Assembly (NCBI GenBank): GCA_010909165.1
Contig: VJWM01000430.1
Location: forward strand, 1-8,033
From: Anthoceros angustus
Taxonomy: Eukaryota > Plantae > Anthocerotophyta
DNA: 8,033 nt
Direction of reading: 5' to 3'
Shown here: one piece after another, positions 1-7,779 of the stretch
Layout: every line of letters starts with the position of its first letter
Numbering within the stretch: the first letter of the stretch is position 1
Program-made: the position numbers and the translations under genes
Notes under the pieces: model-generated
What the model saw: the letters and a program-made list of their open reading frames with translations, nothing else
Told to the model about the DNA's origin: nothing
The model's database searches: none

Positions 1-247
1 TAGAGTAGCAAATGCTTGAATCTCTTACATTGAGGAAGAGTTCTATAGGAGAAGAATGGGCATACAACAAGTAAGTAAGAAGTTTTTACACTCGGCAATA
101 TCATAGGAAAAAATCAAATGTCAATATAATCGACTAACGTCTTCTTCATATAATTTTTCACATAATATCGAGATAAATACAAAATATGAGGGTAGATATC
201 GATAAAAGAGTCACTTTGGATCTATATATGTATGCATTGCTGTGCAG

Positions 248-485
248 CAAATATATTTGGGAATGATGACTTCACACCAAGAGTGAGTACTTCCATATAT
301 GATTTATTTAGATTAGATTTTGTGTAATTTTTCTATTTTTTCTTTTTTGTTTCATGTATACTATCGTTTGGGTACATGTGAGTACTTCCATATGTATTTG
401 AATTCATTCATATTAGTTTTTCTATGATATTCTTCTTTCTTTCTTCTTTATGGAATCAGTACTTACAAATAAAATCTTTGAATAG
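248..485 (+). other. Same putative exon/intron layout in copy 1
   Basis: Acceptor TGCAG ends at 247, donors GTGAGT at 283 and 378, acceptor AATAG ends at 485. The first intron's AG is missing in this copy (CTATCG), either error or mutation. Confidence 0.45.
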
Positions 486-495
486 ACTTGCAAGC

Positions 496-913
496 ATGAG
501 AGCTACCAAGAGAAGAGTGACATTGCAAATGCAACAAAAAGACATTTTAGCCCACGGAGGCTAACAAGCTAATCACTCACAAGGCGCTAAGTGAATGGGC
601 CACTAGCCATTTTCGAGTGAAGGTCTCAGTGGCAACCATCAAGCGAGTCATCAAGAAAGAACGTATTATCCAGAGTGTCAAACAACACGACTTAGAACGT
701 AGACGCTTACGACCTTGTGCATCTCCTGAAGTTGAGAAACAGTTGTATGATTGGTTTGTGGCAGAGAAGGGAGGAGCCGCAAAAGATGCTGAAATATGTA
801 AACAGGCGAAAATTTTCTATGAGCAATTACCCGAAGAAGTGCGGGACAGACGGGCTCTCATATTTTCAAATGGGTGGGCCTTAGGATTCAAGCGTAGACA
901 TGGTATAGCATGA
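496..913 (+). pseudogene. pogo/Tc5 (CENP-B/Abp1-like) transposase-derived DNA-binding region, no DDE domain; copy 1
   Basis: ATG at 496 gives MRATKRRVTLQMQQKDILA. After a 1-nt frameshift near 553: EANKLITHKALSEWATSHFRVKVSVATIKRVIKK...SPEVEKQLYDWFVAE...ICKQAKIFYEQL...FSNGWALGFKRRHGIA*. This matches an Abp1/CENP-B N-terminal HTH (EW..F.....S.ATI.R) followed by the HTH_Tnp_Tc5 signature (FSNGW...FKRRHGI). Confidence 0.88.
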
Positions 914-1684
914 CATGTAAAGCGCAGAAAACCTCGGGCTTAACCCAGATTAAGTTCAAAGAGCTCAAATTGAGACTTCTTAGATACGTATAGAAGGCGA
1001 TCTCTTTTTGTTCTCATGAGATTCTTTAAGACTATTTTGGGCAGTTTTGTTCCCATCATAATTTTGCATATGGTATAATTTTTTATTTAAAATTGGAAAA
1101 AAACAAAGCAACCCTACTATGGTACCTATTTCGATGCCGACTCTAGACAATTCAAATGATCCTTTGTCTTCTTTTGGGCGGCTTGAGCTCCGATTGGCAT
1201 GCACCAAGCTAAGGCTCACATCAAAAACTACCTCCGTCGGTGTCCCCACGATCATATCACGCCTGCTCGGCCAATTTCAGTGGGTCAGGTAGATTGCGGC
1301 CTAGTCATGATGCACTACGCTAACTGTGTCTGTCGTAATCTTAGTCGATCGAGCGGTCCATAATTGATGATTTTGTGCCCGGGTGCTAAAGCTAAAGCAT
1401 AAAAAAGAAAAAGCCAAAATTTCAAGGTGTTTAAATTGATATACCCGGTGTATAGTATTATGGTGTTATTTCACGAGACCATCGTTCCCTTGAGGAGCAA
1501 AGAAAGGGGTGTGGAGGGGAGGGATGAGGGAGCTCGGTCTGCATGAGGGAGGCTAGGGAGAAGTGAAGGAGGATGGAGCTCTTGCTACCCTTGTAGGAGT
1601 GAGTTAGGCGGGAGGCGCCGCCCTTGGATGCCTCAACACGTTTTCCCTCACCGCCATATCGAGATTTTTTAGACGAACGACAAA

Positions 1685-1868
1685 CCAGTCCACATCCACA
1701 ACTCTACAGCAACCTTGTGAACTTCACAAACTAGGGACCAGTCCATACACACAGCCCTATGGCAACCGTATAAACTTTATGAAGTAGAGATAAGTCCACA
1801 CCCACATTCCTACGGCAACCGTATGAACCTCGCGAACCAAAGACCAGTCCACACCCACAGCCCTACAG
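1685..1868. repeat. 53-bp tandem repeat, about 3.5 copies
   Basis: Units start at 1685, 1738, 1791 and 1844 and align without gaps. Consensus is approximately CCAGTCCACACCCACAGCCCTACGGCAACCGTATGAACTTCACGAACTAGRGA. Confidence 0.93.
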
Positions 1869-2266
1869 ACACTTAAAGGGAGGGGACTTTATACAAACAT
1901 ATAAAATCTTAGACGATGTTATTGATTTAATTAAAAAAAAAGGTCCCTCTATTATGTATCACCAATAAGTAACAAGCACCAAAAGCGAAGTTAGGGTCTC
2001 GTCCATGGATGAAGTGCTTGGCTTTGGATGGTGGCGCTTGGATGGGAGAGAGCTAGCAGTTTGTGTGGAGTCTTGATGTCGTGGAGGGCATGATGGCTAA
2101 GATTCCACTCTGTTGTAAGTAACACGACATATGGTGTGAGGTGGCCTGTAAGTCGTCAAGGACGGTGGGCTGCTTGGAGTTTGGAGCCTAGTATGTATTG
2201 AGAGGAAGATACCATTGTGAGGTTCCACTTCCCTTGCGCTTAGGAGTGAGTCGGCAAGAGCCAAGG
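1846..2266 (+). repeat. Diverged dispersed repeat, copy X1
   Basis: Shares ordered blocks with 2709-3205: AGTCCACACCCACA, ATATAAAATC, CGATGTTATTGATTTA, GCGCTTGGATGGGAGAG, TTTGTGTGGAGTCTTG, ACTCTGTTGTAAGTAA, GTCAAGGACGGT, CATTGTGAGGTTCCACTTCCCTTG. Confidence 0.9.
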
Positions 2267-2708
2267 CCACGTGCTGCTTCCACTGTTGCCTTGATCATGC
2301 TATTGTCTCAGGCAAGTGCCTCTCAGCAAGGAGCATCAGTGTCAAATTGCAAGAAGGGTCCATGAGAGGTGGGACGTCCTTTAGCTCTGGGCCTTCCTCA
2401 TGTAGGCGCTCCCTCCCTCTCACCAAAGAATCCTCTTCCCGAATTTAAACTATCTCCAAGCAAGTGCCGCTTCGCCATGTCGGCACATTGGAGGCTCCTC
2501 ACCAACATGCATGTAGTTAGGCCTACCACACCTAGACATGGTACTTTGAGTCCTCATGAAAAGTTTTGTAGGAGAAGAAAGGGCAACATGTAACAAGAAC
2601 AACTCTACCGCGATGCTTGGCGTGGAGGAGTTTGTGACAAAATGAGCGCAAGTACATTTTGTTGTGTGCAGCGATGAGCATGGATTTTGTGCGTTTTAGA
2701 GCGAGGCG

Positions 2709-3205
2709 AGTCCACACCCACACCCCGGCAAGGAGGGATTTTATAGAAATATATAAAATCTGATTCGATGTTATTGATTTATTAAATAAAATAATAAGGT
2801 ATATCTATTGTGTACTACCAAAGTGACGAGCATCGCATAGGGTTTCATCTACGGGATGAAGCGCTTCACTTTGGAGCTTGGGGTGGAAGTTTTACAAGCA
2901 GGGCTTAGCGCTTGGATGGGAGAGCTAGAAATGGCTTTGTGTGGAGTCTTGTTGCCGTAGCCAGTGGCATGGATGGCTAGCATTCCGACTTCTACTCTGT
3001 TGTAAGTAAAGAGTAGCATCTCGTCTGAGGTGGCTTGCAAGTTGTCAAGGACGGTCGGCTGCTTGGAGCCTAACGCAGTGTTGAGAGGAAGAGATCGTTA
3101 TCGGGCTCTGAGTGGATTGACAAGACCAAAGGGCATGTTGAGAAAAATAAAGCATTGTGAGGTTCCACTTCCCTTGAGCTCGGGGTGAAATGGCAAGACC
3201 CAAGG
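2709..3205 (+). repeat. Diverged dispersed repeat, copy X2
   Basis: Same ordered blocks as 1846-2266, with substitutions and insertions. Confidence 0.9.
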
Positions 3206-3271
3206 CGATGTCTGACAGAGTTAGCTAGGCCTACCATAGCCGGGCTTGTTGCTGCTGCTTTAAGTCTTAAG

Positions 3272-3555
3272 TGTTAGAATATCAAGATATACCTAGAATT
3301 AGGGTATTCTTATATTCTACTATAAAGAGATTATACATGACACCTCTGAGACACTAGCAAAGCTACCTATAAGCTATCTAGCTCTATGTCATAAGCACAA
3401 TAGAGTCTATCTTGTATAGTCCGGTGGTGAGACTATTCATCTAATCTAGGAGGCCATTGGCCTTACGCGAGAAACCTTCTATCCACTAGAGTAGCAAATG
3501 CTTGAATCTCTTACATTGAGGAAGAGTTCTATAGGAGAAGAATGGGCATACAACA
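3272..3555 (+). mobile_element. Possible solo-LTR-like segment
   Basis: Begins TGTTAG, ends CAACA, and has an internal TATAAA-like motif (CTACTATAAAGAG). No matching TSD (TTAAG versus AGTAA). Confidence 0.3.
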
Positions 3556-3739
3556 AGTAAGTAACAAGAAGTTTTTACACTCTTGGCAATATCATATCGG
3601 AAAAATCAAATGTCAATATAATACGACTAACGTCTTCTTCATATAATTTTTTCACATAATATCGAGATAAATACAAAATATGAGGGTAGATATCGATAAA
3701 AGAGTCACTTTGGATCTATATGTATGCATTGCTGTGCAG

Positions 3740-3985
3740 CAAATATATTTGGGAATGATGACTTCACACCAAGAGTGAGTACTTCCATATATGATTTATT
3801 TAGATTAGATTTTGTGTAATTTTTCTATTTTTTTCTTTTTGTTTCATGTATACTACAATGCAGTTTGGGTACATGTGAGTACTTCCATATGTATTTGAAT
3901 TCATTCATATTAGTTTTTCTATGATATTATTCTTTTCTTTCTTCTTTATGGAATCGAGTACTTACAAATAAAATCTTTTGAATAG
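3740..3985 (+). other. Putative 35-nt exon (3740-3774), intron (3775-3863), 11-nt micro-exon (3864-3874), intron (3875-3985)
   Basis: TGCAG acceptor ends at 3739. GTGAGT donors at 3775 and 3875, T-rich intron bodies, ATGCAG acceptor ending 3863 and TTTTGAATAG acceptor ending 3985. The spliced frame NIFGNDDFTPR-FGYI-LAS is open and in frame with the ATG at 3996. Confidence 0.55.
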
Positions 3986-3995
3986 ACTTGCAAGC

Positions 3996-4392
3996 ATGAG
4001 CTACCAAGAGAAGAGTGACATTGCAAATGCAACAAAAAGACATTTTAGCCTGAGAGGCTAACAAGCTAATCACTCACAAGGCGCTAAGTGAATGGGCCAC
4101 TAGCCATTTTCGAGTGAAGGTCTCGGTGGCAACCATCAAGCGAGTCATCAAGAAAGAACGTATTATCCAGTGTCAAACAACACGACTTAGAACGTAGACG
4201 CGACCTTGCGCATCTCAGTTGAGAAAGCAGTTGTATGATTGGTTTGTGGAGAAGGGAGGAGCCGCAAAAGATGCTGAAATATGTAAGCGAAAATTTTCTA
4301 TGAGCAATTACCGAAGAAGTGCGAACAGACGGGCTCTCATATTTTCAAATGGGTGGGCCTTAGGATTCAAGCGTAGACATGGTATAGCATGA
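3996..4392 (+). pseudogene. pogo/Tc5 (CENP-B-like) DNA-binding region; copy 2, multiple small indels
   Basis: Duplicate of 496-913: ATG at 3996, TGA at 4390-4392. The frame is broken by several 1-3 nt deletions that may be read errors. Confidence 0.85.
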
Positions 4393-4763
4393 CATGTAAG
4401 CCAGCAGAAACCTCGGGCTTAACCCATGATTAAGTTCAAAGAGCTCAAATTGAGACTTCTTAGATACGTATAGAAGACAATCTCTTTTTGTTCTCATGAG
4501 ATTCTTTAAGACTATTTTGGGCAGTTTTGTTCCCATCATAATTTTGCATATGGTATAATTTTTTATTTAAAAATTGGAAAAAAAACAAAGCAACCCTACT
4601 ATGCTGTACCTATTTCGATGCCAGCTCTAGACAATTCAAATGATCCTTTGTCTTCTTTTTGGGCGAAGCTTGAGCTCCGATTGGCATGCACCAAGCTAAG
4701 GCTCTGCCAGTCAAAAACTACCTCCCGTCGGTGTCCCCACGATCATATCACGCTCAGGCTCGG

Positions 4764-4844
4764 CCAATTTCGGTGGCGGTGCAAGGTAGATTGCGGCGGC
4801 CTAGTCATATGCATGACTAGGCCGCAAGTCTAGCTTGCAATTGG
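4764..4844. repeat. Long imperfect inverted repeat / hairpin
   Basis: Perfect 13-bp stem GCGGCCTAGTCAT (4796-4808) / ATGACTAGGCCGC (4813-4825) with loop ATGC. It extends imperfectly via GCAAG.TAGA / TCTAGCTTGC to CCAATT / AATTGG. Confidence 0.9.
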
Positions 4845-5147
4845 TCTGTCGTAATCTTAGTCGATCGAGCATCCATAATTGATGATTTTGTGCCCGACGG
4901 TGCTAGCGAAGCTAAAGCATAAAAAGAAAAAGCCAAAATTTCAAGGTGTTTAAATTGATATACGGTGTATAGTATTATGGTGTTATTTCACGAGACCATC
5001 GAGGCGTTCCCTTGGCGAGAGCAAAAGCAAGGGTGTGTGGAGGAGGGATGAGGGAGCTCGGTCTGAGCAGCGAGAGGCTAGGGGAGAAGTGAAGGAGGAT
5101 GGAGCTCTTGCTACCCTTGTAGGAGTGAGTTAGGGCAGGAGCGCCGC

Positions 5148-5248
5148 CAGCTTGTCAAGGTTCACACCAGCCAGAACCCTGCAGTTATTCTTTGGGACTC
5201 TCTACGAAGCAATTTGCACAAGCTCGGACATTGATGGGCATGAGGTAG
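5148..5248 (+). pseudogene. Ty1/copia Pol RNase H C-terminal fragment (5'-truncated)
   Basis: QLVKVHTSQNPAVIL resembles the copia RNase H motif KVHT..NPAD.LTK. After a frameshift, TKQFAQARTLMGMR* ends at 5248, followed by a PPT and an LTR. Confidence 0.8.
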
Positions 5249-5280
5249 TCCATTCTTCTACGAAGGTAAATTGGCCTTTA

Positions 5281-5290
5281 AGTAGGAGGT
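5281..5290 (+). promoter_or_regulatory. Polypurine tract (plus-strand primer) of the copia element
   Basis: AGTAGGAGGT lies immediately 5' of the TGT LTR start, like copia AAGTGGGAGAT|TGT. Confidence 0.7.
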
Positions 5291-5536
5291 TGTAAGGGTA
5301 TTAAAGCCCAATGTACTTAGACTAATACGTGGACCTTCCGAGCCATTGGAGGGTAAATACCCCAGCCCTCATCTCAATGAGAGAGGGTACATTTGCTTCC
5401 TCCTCTCCTCTCCTCTTTCCATCTCATCATGGAACTTCCACCACGATCCATTTTCGGGCTGGCGCACCTCGTGGCGGTGGCGGCAAGTGGGACCTCCTCC
5501 ACCCCCACCTTGCACTCGTGTAGCCCCTTGGTTACA
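5291..5536 (+). mobile_element. 3' LTR of Ty1/copia element (246 bp)
   Basis: TGTAA...TTACA inverted termini. Preceded by the PPT and RNase H end. TATA-like GGGTAAATACCC inside. Confidence 0.72.
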
Positions 5537-5549
5537 AATATAGTATTTT

Positions 5550-6266
5550 TAGCACCATAGGCACTTGACGATGCTTTGTGGCCCTCGAAGCTTCACATGG
5601 GACACATGAATTCTCATCACATGCATATTAGCCTCTTCAAACACGTAGCAATGGGACGATGCTATTCTTGTCACCTACTTCTGGATAATTACAAAACCTT
5701 CTTTTCATAATCACCCGATGGCGGCGAGGCGGGCTTAGAACCCCAAATTGTTTCCAATCTTCGGGTCACCACCTTCGTAGGCCAAAAGGTATGTCCGTAG
5801 TAGCATCGCCTACACACAACTGATCATACCTCGGGTTAGGCACTACACTTTTCAGCCATTAGAGAAAGAAGATAATCACCTAAATACACTCAAGGGAAAT
5901 CAAATCTGCCTATGTTACCTTTTCCTTGTTGATCACCATTTTCTCCAACAATATTACCAAGCCCACGCATTCCACATCCTGTCATTAGATAAGGTCAAAC
6001 CCTTCCTGGACACGCCACCTGCCCTGAACCATTCATCAGCTATCCGGTTTTGCCTCATAACCAGATGAATCGAACGTCATGCATATCGATCCAGCAACTT
6101 TTGTGCGGTGTGCAAAAAGACATGACTCGATGTAGGCATCTTCACGAAGTGGCAACACTTAGTGACCAAGGGGCACGCAAGGTGTGAGGCGCCGGTTCCA
6201 ACGGCCGTGCGTCGTGCACACTTGCGAACGCGGCTCTCAAGCATGTAGGCATGCCCACGACGGATG
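5550..6266 (-). pseudogene. Unidentified decayed coding-like remnant
   Basis: Long stretches with sparse stops, e.g. ...HFVKMPTSSHVFLHTAQKLLDRYA*RSIHLVMRQNRIADEWFRAGGVSRKGLTLSNDRMWNAWAW*. No family recognised. Confidence 0.25.
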
Positions 6267-7300
6267 TGTAGGTGTTAAAGCCCAATACTTGACTAATACA
6301 CTTGGTCTAAGTTGGGTGTCGATTAAGTATCATTAGCTTGGCTTAAGCTAATCACTAGGAAAGCACTCTTGTTCCCTAGGAGCTTCTGGAGCTTCTAGGG
6401 AATACATTGGAGGGTATAAAATACCCTCAAGCCTCATCTCAATAGAGACCTTGGCCTTGGGCCTGGGCAGGCGGAGGCCGTGCGAACCGGGCTGGCGCGC
6501 GCCCAGCGCGGGCGCGGGCTAACCCCGAGCAGCGACCCCGGGCACCGGGCGTGCAGTGGCACCGCCTTGAAAGGAGCGCGCCAGAGCAGCCCCAGCTAGC
6601 GGCCGCAGAAACGCGGGCAGCCCGCGGCGACCGAGCAGCGGGCTACCGCGGCGCGAGCAGCGGGGCCAGCCCAGCACTAGGCAAGCCGCGGCGTGCGGCG
6701 CGGCAAGCGGGTACCAGCAGCGCGACTAACGGCGTCAGAGCAGCGCCAGCCTTGGCCACGCGGCAAGGGGCCCACCTTGACACGAGCGTCGCGAGCCGCC
6801 CTGCCAGCATGGCCCAGGAATGGGCGAACACACCATGCAGCATAACCTCAACGCATTCCATTCCATGGGCGAGTCCTCTTGAGCCCGATGCGGCCAGCGG
6901 AGGCGTGGGGGCGGTCTGGCAGTGTCTCACGGGCGGTCCAGCATGTGGCCGTCGGTGCTTCTCCAGTGTACTGAGGCGGCCGCGCGGCCGCGAGTTCGGG
7001 TGCAGGCAGCCACGAAATGAGCGATTCGTGGATTACTCGGAGTGGGATCAGCGGCAAAAGACACGGACCCTGGTGTTCTCTTCTTTGACTTTTCTAACAA
7101 GGCGAGTTGAGTGTTTAATCAGACGATTTTTGAGTCATGATGTCTTCATCGTCGAAAGCGTCATGTTCAATATCGAGAAGTTAGATGTACTAACTTCCGT
7201 TACGGAAAGAACCGATTGTATAATGTTCTAGTGCGAGCATCAAGCCCATAAAGTTGTTAGGCGTCAAACATAGTATGACTCGGGATGAGTGCGAGGAACA
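6267..7300 (+). mobile_element. Solo-LTR-like insertion (~1 kb) related to the 5291 LTR, with 6-bp TSD
   Basis: Starts TGTAGGTGTTAAAGCCCAATACTTGACTAATAC (compare TGTAAGGGTATTAAAGCCCAATGTACTTAGACTAATAC at 5291). Shares CATTGGAGGGTA..AAATACC, CCTCATCTCAAT and CGGGCTGGCGC. Ends AACA at 7300. CGGATG flanks both sides (6261-6266, 7301-7306). Confidence 0.6.
6410..6428 (+). promoter_or_regulatory. LTR TATA box embedded in an inverted repeat
   Basis: GAGGGTAT-AAA-ATACCCTC: TATAAAA flanked by an 8-bp stem. Confidence 0.55.
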
Positions 7301-7333
7301 CGGATGAGCTTGCTAGATCTGCTATCATACTCG

Positions 7334-7615
7334 TGTCACCTTGATTATACTTCAATGTGTGGTAGGGAGAATCCGGGGCACTCCCGAGGTCCTCCCACTA
7401 TAGCGGCCACACTTATCCTTTATCGCTCGTTGGGTTTCGTCCCATGAGACTTGTGTGAAAGTTCGAGGTCTTGTGATGCCGATCGCTACTGCTGACACAC
7501 TTCTCGGCCTTCTCAACAAGCAAGGCGCCCTCTACTCTCCCTCTTACGGTGCACCACTTGGCTGCTTGAAAAATCGCCAACCTCACGACACAAAACAATT
7601 GCGTGCCTCGTGACA
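7334..7615. mobile_element. Possible short LTR-like segment
   Basis: TGTCAC (7334) and GTGACA (7610-7615) are perfect 6-bp inverted termini. No TSD (ACTCG versus AGGAG). Confidence 0.3.
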
Positions 7616-7727
7616 AGGAGCCTACCAGGCGCCCGGGGACCCCCAGTTCACGCATCCGGTATCGCCCGGTGGCCCTCTACGGCGCGCGAATTCAGGCCGA
7701 ATTCGCGGCCATTCTCGAAATGGCGAC

Positions 7728-7755
7728 AAAAACCCCGGCACGGAGGCCGGGGTTT
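7728..7755 (-). terminator. Rho-independent terminator of the phasin gene
   Basis: 10-bp stem AAACCCCGGC (7730-7739) / GCCGGGGTTT (7746-7755) with a 6-nt loop. It gives a U5 run on the minus strand, about 25 nt after the stop. Confidence 0.85.
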
Positions 7756-7779
7756 CGGATCGATGAAATTCGGGCCCGT

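Larger units (their letters stand above)
1..1622 (+). repeat. Long direct repeat, copy 1 (left end cut by window edge)
   Basis: Colinear with 3487-5148 from TAGAGTAGCAAATGCTTGAA to GCGCCGCC. Differences are mostly 1-4 nt indels. Confidence 0.97.
3487..5148 (+). repeat. Long direct repeat, copy 2
   Basis: TAGAGTAGCAAATG recurs at 3487 (offset 3486). Homology ends at GCGCCGCC 5141-5148, versus 1615-1622 in copy 1. Confidence 0.97.

Noticed and set aside
911-953. U-to-C RNA editing rescuing TGA/TAA stops
   Set aside because: Known from fern and hornwort organelles; this context is nuclear (spliceosomal-type introns, TEs).
980-1255. ORFs 980..1255 (-) and 4618..4833 (+)
   Set aside because: They lie in duplicated DNA, but neither is preserved in the other copy; no motif.
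1685-1868. CRISPR array
   Set aside because: Whole 53-bp units are homologous end to end, with no unique spacers and no cas genes.
2369-3040. Short ORFs 2369..2593, 2532..2723, 2849..3040
   Set aside because: Short, overlapping on opposite strands or inside a diverged repeat, with no homology signal. The same applies to 5329..5523, 5346..5543 and 7413..7655.
4796-4833. Helitron 3' end (hairpin plus CTAG at 4830)
   Set aside because: CTAG is followed by C, not T, and is itself part of the longer inverted arm.
1-5148. The two long direct repeats as LTRs of one LARD/TRIM element
   Set aside because: The shared end is GCGCCGCC rather than CA, and there is no PBS after 1622 and no PPT or TSD.
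5590-5790. Gypsy integrase C-terminal motifs on the minus strand (IH..HV, SP..IG)
   Set aside because: Needs several arbitrary frameshifts; resemblance too weak to call.
6551-7231. 226-aa ORF (and overlapping 6643..6930, 6848..7057)
   Set aside because: Low-complexity Ala/Arg/Gly translation of GC-rich LTR-like DNA; no recognisable domain.
7699-7710. EcoRI-NotI cloning adaptor (GAATTCGCGGCC)
   Set aside because: The match stops before completing the NotI site and is explained by a natural-looking hairpin. I also saw no nanopore, SMRTbell or Tn5 adapter at any junction.
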